A stretch of 64,000 bases of DNA, from assembly GCA_965235115.1 (NCBI GenBank), contig OZ249436.1, positions 19,780,001-19,844,000 on the forward strand. Reading direction: 5' to 3'. Positions 12,618 to 25,100 of the stretch are shown one piece after another; the first letter of the stretch is position 1, and the number at the start of each line of letters is the position of its first letter. The notes below the pieces were generated by a model. The model was not told the DNA's origin. It made no database searches and saw only the letters and a list, made by a program, of their open reading frames with translations. The translations under genes were made by a program, and so were the position numbers. The DNA comes from Laetmonice hystrix. Taxonomy: Eukaryota.

Positions 12618-14018
12618 ATGACACACAAGAAGCATAAGAAGTCGAAAACGAAGGAAGAAGATATACATGTATATGGGAACTATGTTGAGAGTGAAAAGAA
12701 AGTGAAGACTGAAAACAAGCCAAAACAACAAGAATATGTTTGTAATGATTCTGAACAAATCGAAGTTGAACCAGCAAAACATGGAAAAAAGAAGAAGAAG
12801 AAAAAGCTGTATACATCCAGCTCTGGAATTGATGGAAACCCTGATCAGACTTGTGAAGAACTTCAAAAAGATGGGAGCAGCAGAAAGAAAAAGAAACATA
12901 AGAAATGCCAGGATGACTTTGAGACTGTCCTCGGGTGTAGTGAAGACCAGAGTGATCAAGTGCAGGATTCCCAGACATCTGGTACAGCAATAGGTAATGG
13001 TGAGTTAAAGCATAAGAAAAGAAAAAAACGATCAAAGGACACAGATTCAGCACAAGCAAGTTCCATATCAGCTACAGTACTCGATGATGAACCCTCCAAG
13101 AAAAGAAAAGGAAAGACCATCGTGGCCCAATTTGAGCCACTATTTCTCGAGCAAAAACAGACAAGTGCAAGTAAGAGAAAGAGATCATGTCAAGAGTTAG
13201 TAGATATAGGTCATGAGTCAGATAAAATGCAGATGAAACGCAAAAAAAAAGAAAAAAAGAAAACGGCAGAAAAAGATTGTCAGTATGTCAGCCAGGATAG
13301 TGATGTATGTCCAGAAGAGAATGAACAAGAAATGGAGACAGGTCAAGAGGACAAATTCAATTATGACGGATCTGGAAGTGAAAAAATTGTGGAAAACGGA
13401 AAAGATGATCTGCAAGGAAAGAGTAAGAAAAAAAAGAAAAAGAAACACTCCAACAATTTACAAGAAACAGAGGTAATAACTATGGAAGTTAATGACATAA
13501 ATAGATCTGGGAGAAAGAAAAAGAGAAAAGAAAAGAAAGAAAATACTGATGATGGAGAGAAGATAATTGTAGAGGACAGTGTTAATGATAACATGCATTC
13601 AGGCATTGACAGTACCACCTCTTGTATCCCAGAAAAAGACCTAAAATCAGAATCTATGCCCACAACTGTTGGTCAGTGGGGAACGGCTGGCTTTGAGTCA
13701 AGTGACCGTCAACAAAAGTTTCTGCGTCTCCTTGGGGGTTTCAAGTCTAGTGCTAAAGGTAGAAATGTCTCTGATCCAAAAAAGAAGGGGTTGTATGGAT
13801 CACTCTTTACAGCACCTGGTAATCGGTCAGGAACTTCTGCTATGGGTCTTGATCAGCAGAAGGAGCTAGAAGACAAACTAACTCATCAGTATGAACAGGC
13901 TCTCGGCCTGAAACTTGATCCCCACAGGGGAGGTGGACTTGGTTATCAGCGTCCACCAGAGGAAGGGAAAAAGTTTTATATAAACAAAAATATCAGCAGT
14001 TCCAAGAAATTTGATTAG
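12618..14018 (+). CDS. KNOP1: Lysine-rich nucleolar protein 1-like with C-terminal SMAP domain, 466 aa
   Basis: Long ORF with many poly-K tracts and C-terminal GQWGTAGFESSDRQQKFLRLLGGFK ... LEDKLTHQYEQAL ... GGGLGY, matching the KNOP1/SMAP signature; acceptor tttgtattacAG 15 nt before the ATG; AATAAA at 14620. Confidence 0.88.
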   Translation: MTHKKHKKSKTKEEDIHVYGNYVESEKKVKTENKPKQQEYVCNDSEQIEVEPAKHGKKKKKKKLYTSSSGIDGNPDQTCEELQKDGSSRKKKKHKKCQDDFETVLGCSEDQSDQVQDSQTSGTAIGNGELKHKKRKKRSKDTDSAQASSISATVLDDEPSKKRKGKTIVAQFEPLFLEQKQTSASKRKRSCQELVDIGHESDKMQMKRKKKEKKKTAEKDCQYVSQDSDVCPEENEQEMETGQEDKFNYDGSGSEKIVENGKDDLQGKSKKKKKKKHSNNLQETEVITMEVNDINRSGRKKKRKEKKENTDDGEKIIVEDSVNDNMHSGIDSTTSCIPEKDLKSESMPTTVGQWGTAGFESSDRQQKFLRLLGGFKSSAKGRNVSDPKKKGLYGSLFTAPGNRSGTSAMGLDQQKELEDKLTHQYEQALGLKLDPHRGGGLGYQRPPEEGKKFYINKNISSSKKFD

Positions 14019-14059
14019 GCAAGTCTCACCTGAAATAGTTAATTGCCGGTATATGTATG

Positions 14060-14172
14060 CAGGGCATGAAATTAGCCAAAATCTCAAGACAGCCTGACGG
14101 TGAATAGGCAGGTCAGACTGGCGCAAATCTATTTTAACCAGCGGCTATTGACCTGACTAATTTCGCACCCTG
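14060..14172. mobile_element. Short hAT-like MITE in the KNOP1 3' UTR
   Basis: CAGGGCATGAAATTAG ... CTAATTTCGCACCCTG; TGTATG on both flanks. Confidence 0.6.
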
Positions 14173-16864
14173 TGTATGTGCAGAGCATCTCAAAAAAAGT
14201 TGATTCTGTCTAAAACAAAAAAATTTGATTTCTTGTAACTGAGACTCCTGTCCATTAAAATAGACACATGGGAGACTTTTCTCCAAAAAGAATGATGTTA
14301 ATGGCATTGTTATAACTGTCACAACCACATTTTTTTGTGATTCAGGCAGGCATTTCTTGGTCTGTCTGATTGATTTTCATTCAGATTATGCACTGTCCCC
14401 TTCTTTCTAAACTTTTCCACATGAATCAGTAGGCTGTCTTGTATTAAAATATCCAACATACAGCCGATGTGTCCTCACAATCGACTTGGTTGTTAGGTAG
14501 TTTGTTCTTGGCTCTGTAGTGTACACCATAGTGTATATACATGTACAGTCAAACTTCCTTGGTGAATCTAATTTCTCAAGTTTTCTCAATCAACCCAAAA
14601 AGGTAAAAACTTAACAAGTAATAAAAGGTACAGGCAAAAACAAAATGTTAACAATTTTTTGAGACACCCTGTATAATCAAAAGAATGACTAGATGGGTGA
14701 CCACTTTATCTTGCATGATCAAGATTATTGCTGAATTGATTGTATCATAATTTATGATATACTGAACATGTACACAATTCTCCATTAAATGCTTGATGAA
14801 AAAAAACGTTTTATGTTAAGGTTTCAATGAATATTTTAGCGATTTTGATGTACATAAATTTATATTGTTAAAATGTCTGACGAGCAGGAGTAAGGGCAAA
14901 ATTTGTTTAGCACAAATATAATTCTTTTAGCATAATACAAGATGTCTGGATGCATCTAGATGAAACCTTTGAACGGTTCCTTCTGCCAGTAACATTACCT
15001 CAAACGAGGTTAATGGGGCCAGGGGGGTCCGGTAACTCATTTTTGGGATAATAAAAAAAGTGATGGGTAAATTTAAAATATCGGAGTTATTTTAGCATTA
15101 CATACTTATCCGGTTGAACACTTCTACATTGAATAATTACCAATGATACTCTGACAAAGAACCCTTGCTAAAAAAAAGGAGCCATAAAGAAAGACTTGAA
15201 ATGGGTTTGTTTTCCAATTTATTATTAGAATACGAAATACAAAAAATTCTGTCCTATGTACGACTGAGTAATACATAAAACAGTAAAATGGAGTTTTGCA
15301 TGAAGAGATCCATACAGTTCAAATGTGATCACATTGAACTTGTTTATGTCGTGATATTCCTGTTCTTAACTCTGCTCTAGCCATCCACAGGTCACATGGC
15401 TGAGCTGACCTGATAATGGGACCAAACGATCTTTGAGATCTCTCCAATGTGAAAAATTAAAAACCAAACCCAAAACCAGGAAAGCATGCCTTAGTTTACA
15501 CACCTCAGGAATATCCCCTTGCACTGTAATGCCAGCTTTGTCTAGTTCAAGTCGAAAGATTAATGTTCCTTTTTCACAAAATATAAAGATGTCCAATCAA
15601 TGGTTTCAAAGGGGAACCACAGTTTTTTCCCTAAAATTTCCCACACACTGAAAACCTTAATTTAGTGTCCCATGGGTCAAAACTGGACATTCCTGAGGGG
15701 GGTTCAACTGTCGATTAAATAACACTGGAATTTCTTCAAGTAACTTCTACATCTGTTCAAGCATAATAAGATAACCATTGCACCCTATAAAAACTACTTG
15801 ATATAACGTTGCTCTGTATTAAGGAACGGCGAGGACATAGTGTGCACTGGGTACTGATTTTTTTTTAAATATTTTTATCTACAAAAGGGGAGTCACAGAT
15901 ATGAACCAGTATAATAACCTTAAGTACCGATCACACAATGGGTCGTTTTTTAGGGGGCGACAACGCCCACATTGCTGAATGCTATGATGCTCTATATCGA
16001 TCACATACTGAGGTACTTGTGCATATCTCAAGTTCAGATCTAGCACTAACGTGTAATCTATCTCCATTTCAGGAGCTTTTGGAGATTTCCGGGTTTAGAA
16101 ACTCTTTCCCCCCTGTTGTGCTGCCATAAAGTTCTCGTAATATTCTAGAGGTGCCTGCATACATTCACACCTGTATTTGCTGGCTATAGCCATACACATA
16201 AAACGGACCGTTAGTGTCTACCATTAACAGCTATGAAAATTAAAAAAAACTCGCCAACTGCACCTTTTCGATGGCCAGAAATGACATTGTCTTTGAATGA
16301 TCAGAAAATGCCAGTGGCAAACTGATCCTCTTCTGATTCACATGATCTGAATAATTGAATCAATTTTGTCAATCAGACAACAAAACTATCAGTTTTCTGG
16401 ACCCATCTATGTCCACTTGAGTGCATGCAGTTCACTAAACTTTATCCTCAGTTTCAATCAATCGAGGCGACTTGAGACAATGCACAATCGTTACATCTGG
16501 TTTGCATTTCTATTCACGATTTTTTGGTGTTGATAAGAAAAAATGAAAATTAGAAGAACTAACCCACATGGATGAATACCTTCATCTCAATTACAATGAA
16601 TATAACGGTATCTGTGAAGAAAATCTGATTATCCAGTTGGACTTGGCCATATTTCCAACTCAAGTGCCAAAACGTTGCAGCAAGACAAATATAGTAAATA
16701 CAGTAACCAGTGTTTAAAGCTGTTAATCTCTATCTTCATGAGTTTTCACATAGTTATTGGACTCTTCAAAGATGACTTCTCTGATCAGAGTTTTGATACT
16801 CCCTGCACTATACTCGGTCAATAGAACGGTACCAAACCGATACCAACTTGATGAAGTACTGGTA

Positions 16865-17296
16865 CAATCAAACTTTGTTACTGCACCTCTTTCTGAGCTT
16901 CTACCAAACACGGATACGGAACGTTTACCCATTCCTAGCAACAGCAAAACATAAACCTGTGCAACATTTTGGATACCAAAACATTACTCCATCAGAAATA
17001 TTATTTTTCCTTTTCATTCTTCATACACTGATCAATTGTATAATTAACAGGTTAGCTAAATTTTCACCCAAGATGCGGCTGAAACAGCTGCTTTTCACTT
17101 TACTAAATTTATACTGGCTAGTACCAAATGGTACTGCAAAATGGTGTTGCCTACTAGTAATTTTGGAGAAAAGATATTCCGCACGCCTTGGGCTTGTTCT
17201 ACCAGATACCGAGCAAGGTCACTAACAAAACTCATGAGATGGGTTGATTCTGTCATTCATTTGTCCAATGAAGAGCTTTGTAACAAAGTTTGACTG
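16865..17296. mobile_element. Tc1/mariner-type MITE
   Basis: TA|CAATCAAACTTTGTTAC ... GTAACAAAGTTTGACTG|TA. Confidence 0.65.
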
Positions 17297-19072
17297 TACG
17301 GACAACCCATATACCACGAGGTCTCATGTGCTACCTCTTGTTTTCCACATCAAAACCATGAAACAATAACTACACTGCAAACATTTGGTAAATTTTCTGT
17401 CGCTGGACGAAGGCCTGTTTTGATTAAAATAGATATAATCATGTAGGTTCTGGTCTACTGATGGGGGTTTGACTGATGGGAATGTACTTATAAGCACATC
17501 AATAATCTTGCTTCATGTCCAAACGTTATATTGCCATCCACCCTACTGTCTTGCAATACCTGTTATTCCCTTCCAGTACTTACATTTTGCCCAATCCTGA
17601 TTCTGTCAAATGCTCTCACAGTCAAGGCTTTGTAGGTACCATGTGTACATTAATCAACACCAATAATTTCAGCTGACACCACAACAGATACTGAGATAAA
17701 GGCTTTCACGACTCCAACACTAGATTATTAAAATGAAGCACATCAAGCAGTAGCAGTAAAACAGTAGATATATTTGGTTCGCTAGCTGCAGGAAAAAAAG
17801 CCCTATTAGAAACGGTTAAAAACAAATTTTTAAACAGGTAATCGATGACAACATGGCGTTCACTGTTGTAACATAGGAGCTAATGCTCTCAACCTATGCA
17901 GGCTCTTCTAACATGTTAACCATTTTTGATTAGCTTCTTTTTCTTCCCACGGGAAGAGAACACGGTTATAGATAACAACCCTTAACCAGTTTGATAACTG
18001 TTTAATAAAAATTGGGGGAAAACAGAAAAAGACAGACCAAATATTTATGCATCAATCCTAAGGACAATATATAGGAATACATAAAAAGCATCTATAAGCT
18101 CTTCAAGTGTATATTATACAGTAGCACTGTTGAAGCTGGTCTGCCTAAGGTCTAAAGCTGATAAAATATGCATGACAGCTACAGTGCTAGGGCGTGCTTC
18201 CAGAATACTTTCAAGACAGTACACATGTCTTGTCAGCTGTGAATTAAGCATCAACTTCCTAACTGCTCTTAATACACGTTCCCTCTCCTTTTTGCCTTTT
18301 TTGCATAGACAGGCTAGAAACCTTAACACAACCAGCTTGTATCAATCACTTTTGCTTGTAATCTAACAAGACAAATGTACTCCTTTTCCAATACGTTGTA
18401 TGAAAATATGCGATATATACCTCCGAAAGACACATTTCCAACTTTCTTAACCTGTCTCACAGTCAACAACTCTTTAACCAACAAACCTTTTCTGTAGCGA
18501 TATCGTGCGGGACTAACACTGCTTTAGCATGCATTAACATCTTTCAGGAGACATCGACAAATTAAGACAGCACTGGGTTTCAAAGCCCAACAATGGACTT
18601 TTTGAAACAATTTTGAGCGCTGTGAAGACACATTAAACATTCAAGAACTCTATTGCTGATTCTATTATACAAGGAAGTATATATACTATGCCTGCAGCCC
18701 TTCTTGATTCTGTCAGATACAAAGAGATCCTTGTATCCTTTTTATACAGAAAGCAGGTTTTAACAGTTACCTGTGAACTAATCAACCAATCGACCCTTGT
18801 GAACCTCCATATCACCCTGGCAGCAGCACAGGGTCATTTCAGGGGTTGGGGGGCTAATATCGTTAAGCTTATTTCAGACTGCTATGAATTATGCATAAAG
18901 CCCAGCAACAAGACAGCTACGACAACGTGTGATCACTACAAAAACCACAATTACACCTCTAGGTCTGAGAGGCTGTAGTTGAGTGGCAGTACCACCACCA
19001 TCCCAGTCCTCCGCTTGCTCTCTTCTGTTGGGTTGAATGATATTCTCCGTGAGATCCTACTGGCCCAGCTGC

Positions 19073-19111
19073 TTACATAATGGAGCATTTCTCATCCCTC
19101 TGGGGGTCTCC
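19073..19111 (-). CDS. LMNB: Lamin exon 11 (CaaX exon)
   Basis: ctttttgtctcgctttcag acceptor, then [12 protein letters not shown]. Confidence 0.93.
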   Translation of the reverse strand, partial: GDPQRDEKCSIM

Positions 19112-22100
19112 CTGAAAGCGAGACAAAAAGAAACATGGTTACTCAAACTGAAGACCTTATTTGAAATGCATTTTGAGACCTTGTTCTGAGACTATTCCTG
19201 TGCATCCATGACAGCTTAGCACACCGATACCTGCTTTACACACTGCAATGAATCTGCATTCATTATGTACCAACACCTTCCTTATATCTATGCAACTTCC
19301 TTTTAAGTGGATGTTTACCAGTGTATTGCCAACATACATGATCATAATAGATTTCATGGTCTTTATAGCAGTGCTGTTCTTAACTTTGTACAATCAATTT
19401 TATCCATGGCATCCATTACATTTTTTGTTTAGCCAAATCAAATGACCAACGATAGACTGCTTTCTTAAACTTTGAAAATATGGTTCTACATGCAGAACAA
19501 GTTTTCCCTTGATCCAAAAATAAGCTCTGGTCTATTTTCATCAGAGCAAACAGAAACGACAGGTAGAAGAGCATGCAAGCCCATATAATGATAGTAGCCA
19601 TCAAGGTCGAAATTTGATTTCTTAATACCAGAGATTCACATTACACGGTTTCCGTTTTGTTGCATTTAAAAATCAATTTAATACAAATGATCTGGATGAC
19701 TACCATTGAAGTGGTGTTTGTAATATTTTGATCCTATGGCTAAAAATAAACTTTTAAATACATCATGTACATAGTGCACCAGTACCAGAGAAGTCAACAT
19801 TTTAGTGAAGAGCCCAACTTCCATCAAGAACAGCCATGTATTAACTGCATTATAAATTGTCACACTTGCTTCAAAAGTCTTTCCCGAAAGCATTCCAAAA
19901 GTCAAATGTTGACATGCCTCTGTATGTTCACCTACAAAAGGAAGCCTGTACAAGCTAGGGGTGCATGTGTTAGGTCGGTTTGGCAATTGCCCACTCCCTA
20001 TGCTGAGGGATATAGGACCAGGTATCAAGGTGATTTCTAGGCTGTACAACATTGTGAGGAAGAAACAAAGGATACAACACTCAGCAAAGCAAGCACACAC
20101 CACTTGCTGCACATCTTGCAGCCACACTGCTTCTTTCCTGAATTGTTGTATAAGCCAAATCTCATTAACAATTATAGGATGCCCAATCATACAGGTGTTA
20201 CTTCCACATGACTTTCAAATGTACCCTGGCGTTGTTGGAATTCCACATTTTCCCCCAAATAACAAAAGCATTGAAATGTTTCCCCATGGACATGATAAAT
20301 TCATAACATCTCAAGTTTTCAATCTCAAACTCTCTCGATCCCCCCTTTTTGGGGGAGCTGGGATGGTAGATTATTTCAGGGTTTGTACATTTAATTTTTC
20401 ATATCTTTTTTAAATTTCCATAACCAAGACCACATGTCTAATTTCTGAAATCACATATATCATCAAAAGACAGGTAAAAGCAAACCGCAGCGTATCTTGA
20501 CCTTTTTGGAGGTGGAACTGTAATATGTTCATTTGCACAAACTGGTTTTTGCTTGGTTCATTTTCTGTATCTTTCCCATATACTCAGAATTTTCCATGCC
20601 TGGTCCTGGAATGTGTCTGGGCAAATTGTCTAAACTGTCCTAGTTCAGTACTAACCCTGTTATTTCTACCCATTTTCAAATGTCGTTGGATGTAACACTG
20701 CTGTCCATTCAGAACAATTCTGAGGCATTCCATAAAAAAGTCCGAAAGCAGTAGTAAATGACAGCACATGAAACTGCAGCAGGCATCTGGGAACAGTCCA
20801 CAGTGCTCGCTGCAGACTCTGCCAGCCACAACCACCAACTGTGGGCCAGCATGTTCTAATACCTCGACAACATTCAATGGACGTCGGCCTGTCAAAAATG
20901 TTCCCATTGGCGATGGAAAAGACACCTGAGAGAACACAAAGTCACTTTATTGGTGAGAATTCTAAACTTGTGCAAAGTCCATAAAATTTCCACTTTTATA
21001 TCGTTTACAGTGAACACTATGCAAAGGAATTCCCTGACGATAGTCTACTTCAGAATTAGTACACATGAAACGTTTATGAGATTATCACGTCCTGCTACAT
21101 TACAAGAATGGCAACCATTATGTATACAGATGTGTGCTTGCCCTGTATGTGCTTTAAGCATCGAAGTCACAACGTCTTCAACTGGTTATCCTCTTTAATC
21201 AAAGCCACATTCTCCATAATTAGAACTCATTCAATAATTGTTAAGGCACAGTCAGCGAGTGCTGTAGATTTAGCACAGATTGAGAACGACAGGTATCCTG
21301 TTTGAACTTTCAAGCCAAGAGGTCGTAAAGGTGTTGTTACCCATCGTTCTGAGGACTGGTGGTAGCCATAGTGGTGCCGCATTGGCTGTAACCAGATAAT
21401 GGGCTTTCAACAGGTTGGCAATCAGGTTCAAGTGTCGTGGAAACTGGCACAAATTGTCTTGTCACCGACTGACTTCAACTTTGCACATATCTATCTGCAA
21501 GTCTTTTCAAACATTCTGCTATAATATTGCAGCAATTTCCACTGGGACATTCTTTCAAACAACCTGTTTGATTTCATCCATCACTTCATGCGCAATGGTA
21601 ATATGTGAAAAAGGAACATGATTAACACAAGTTGTGATCCAAAATAAACATGTTAAGAGTACTTAAGACTAATTATTTGGGGGGTTCGCAAAGGTTGAGA
21701 CAATGAAATGGCTAGCCATGTCCTGCAATGAACATATCTACTTAATTACTTAAAAAGAAAATATATAAATGAGTAAATAAGGAGCTTGCCCAGTCTATAC
21801 GAGATGTTTACTAGCTTAAGTTAACTGTCCACTGACACTTGAGTATAGATATATGGATAGCCCAAAATTTGCAGAAATATACCAGGTTCTTACATTAAGT
21901 ATTTCTGAATTTTTTTATATTACACCAACTTCAAAATAATGATAACTATACGTTAAAAAAAGACTTGTGAACAGTTTGCTCAGCTAGCCTTATAACCTAG
22001 GAGTACCAGCAATTTCAAAAAGGCCAAATAATTGAATATCATTTATAAACCAGTACTACCAGTATTCAAACGTTATGTATAAAAAATCTTCAGTTAAGAA

Positions 22101-25100
22101 TTCGTCAGAAAAAAAGGATGACTAACTCCTTACATTTTAGAAGTTGCAGAAACAAGACTGGTCACACATCAAACATATTAAAGTCCTTTAAATTTTGGTG
22201 TTAATTGGTTAGGAAATAGGCCTACTCCAAAAAACCTGGGTGGCCAATAGAAATGATAACGATTTTTTCCCAACAGGAATGAAATCCTTGAGTAAGGTGT
22301 GTGCTAAAGCTTTGGCTCTGCTCCTAAAGACTGGGCAAAGCATTGACTGGCTGCCAGATTCTACAAGCATGGGAACCTGTTGATGAAAGACGTCCTCTCT
22401 GCCCACCTCCGAGCCTTCTGAGCTGGTGCTAGCTCGTGTGTAGGATGTCCGCATCATGCTCTTCTTCATATCACGTGTTGCCATCTCCTGCGGGGATCAA
22501 ACACAAATGTGATGGAATTAATAATCTGGTCATGGACTTTATGAAGTACATCTCTGAATTCAAAAATGATCGCCCTTTTGTCAATTTGTCAAGTTTTTTG
22601 AGACATCTGTACCTCAATTCTAAAGTGAACATTTTACTTACATCTCCGGCTGGGTTGATGAGACAGGTTCTCATGGCGTCAGCTACTGCCCAGCGCTGGT
22701 TCTTCATCACAAGGTCTGTGGGTGGGTTGTGCGTTGCTTCAGCATCACTGCTCCACACCTGAAATATTTTTTTTTCTCTTGAATTTTTGCAGTGTTTCTA
22801 TTATTATAAAAAAATCTACAAACCAATTATCTTCCTTGACTTGTCTTTATTTCCTGAGTCTATTAATTATGCAAAGCAGTGTAGAAACATACACTCCCAA
22901 ATAGGTGGTTGACGTGTCCTAATAGCTGGATTAGATGTAACCCCAGAATGACATATATGCATATGGCATCGCTCCGAGTGCGAGATGGGCCTATCTCAGC
23001 ATGCGTCAGGCCAGTTCAGGCCGAGCCTTTATATGCATTTTCTCACATGATATCCATTTCTACCAATTTAAACCAGTATTACAAGAGAAAAACAGCCCTT
23101 TCTAACTTAATCTAAGCTAATCATTGTGTTAAGCATTGTGCAATATATATTACTACGCATAGGGTTTCTGGGCCATTGTTACGTCAGGGCCGGTTTCTAT
23201 TAGAATGACTATGTTATTATGACGGAACAGTTGCATTGTCATCACTAAGATATTGTAACGTCAGAATAGTTTTGGACAAGTGCCATTGTTGCAGTAGGAG
23301 GCCAGCAAAGACGATGTGACAACAAAACTCCTTGACCCGCCCCTCACTCTCGACGTTGCAAAGTCACTTTTAATACCCTTTATTAGAAATACTGTATGAT
23401 ATGCAAAATAAATCGTGAGAAATACAGATTCTGTGAGAATATCTGTGTGTGGCACTACTTGATGATGCACAATGAGGTGTTTGTTTACATGCGTTATGCA
23501 TAGTCATTAGAACTACTTCCCTGGGAGTGCGGGATGGGCTCATCCCAGCACTGGTGTCAACATTGCGTCGTCACATCAGAGTGCAAGAATACTCCTTCCC
23601 GGTAAATGTATTTAGTAATGCCTACTATGGTAACTTCTCTTTCAATCAAGACAGAATTATAAATTTCTTAAGTCACTGCATGCTTTTATCTATTTGTGCA
23701 TGCATAAATGCAAGTGTTGGGTGTACATGTACATCAGTTGTAAAGTCAGTCTCAGGAACTAGCCCATGTCAGCAAGAGACACTTTGCTAATGCATATACA
23801 TGTACAATGGAATCTCAGAAATTATGTGAAGTTTTTACGTACTGTGACTGAGGCATCTGGTTTGAGATGAAGGGCACGGTGGAACTTGTATGTAGCTTCT
23901 TGGTCTCCAGCTGTATGCTTCAGCTGCCAGCCACCAATTGCCAGGTCCTGCAGAAATGACATCCCACTTTAACCGACTCACATAAACACACCATATCACA
24001 CATGAAAGCTGAAACCTCCGTACATTGATGAAAATAAGAACACTTTCAAGCCTACCCAACATTATGCAAGTATTATTCAGACATGAGTAATAGTTAAGAC
24101 TTAAGTGAAGTGACTTTGGAATTTTTGGGGGGGATGCAATAATTGGTGTAGTAGAGCCCCAACTTTGCATAAATTTAAAAGGTTATTCAATATATATTAT
24201 CTATTATAACTATTGTTATAGACAATATAATGTTTCTTGTTGTAGTACAACTGCCTGTCATAAGAAGATTTTTTAAATCGAAAATCAGACGCATATATCC
24301 GCGACGTAAACATTTTCACAAGATCACCGATGTTCACAGCCCATTTTCTACAAAAGGCATATTTTTAGTACATCCATTCAGTAGTAACAGTAAAAAATTA
24401 TATTTTGACTACAACTTTGCACCCAGGGTAATTTGAATGTACTCTGTGCAATAAGAGAGATAATTGGGTTATCTCTCACAATTTAAGAGCTAGAGCTTCA
24501 TGAATTTCGAAATTTTGTCATTTTTCACATTTTTTCAGTCATCAGATGAAATTTATCTTTTTTAAATATTTTGCATAATTTTCTGCCAAAAAGGCTCTGT
24601 TATTGCATTTATAATGGCAGACTTCATCTATTTACTTAATAAAATGAATGTGTTACCTTGTAGTTTTTTCCCTATAGTTTTACTTTGGCATGGCAACCAG
24701 GGGGGGAAAGATGATTTTTTTGTTTCTCAGGCCACACACCCCTATCATAGCACCATATTTGAAGTGTATTGGATGAAAATGAACGAAAATAGAATTTTGA
24801 GTAGCCAGTCCCCTTAAATCATAGCTACTGGTATGAAAAACCTCTAACATGTTCCGAGACACTGCCTTTTCATCTAACCATTAACTGGTATGCAGATTTT
24901 TAAGAATCAGATTTCCTACCTTATCAGAAGTGTTGTGTAGTTTGACAAACTTTCCTTCAGCATCAGTCTCACTGATCTCAATGACACCTTTCGCCGATGC
25001 TGATGATGCATATCCAGCACTAGCATGAGACTTTGTCACACTTGACATGGCACTTTCATCGACAGCAAGGCGCTTCCTCTTACGGCCTGATGCCATCTGC

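Noticed and set aside
12574..13663. Hydrophobic minus-strand ORFs overlapping KNOP1
   Set aside because: Antisense shadows of lysine-rich codons
19678..20413. Overlapping 170-aa and 150-aa ORFs in lamin intron 10
   Set aside because: No recognisable domain, non-ATG starts, no convincing splice context
22400..22410. GAG|GTGGGC in lamin exon 10 resembling the LMNA progerin cryptic donor
   Set aside because: Non-homologous exon and short match; using it would remove the conserved FHQQ motif; no evidence of use
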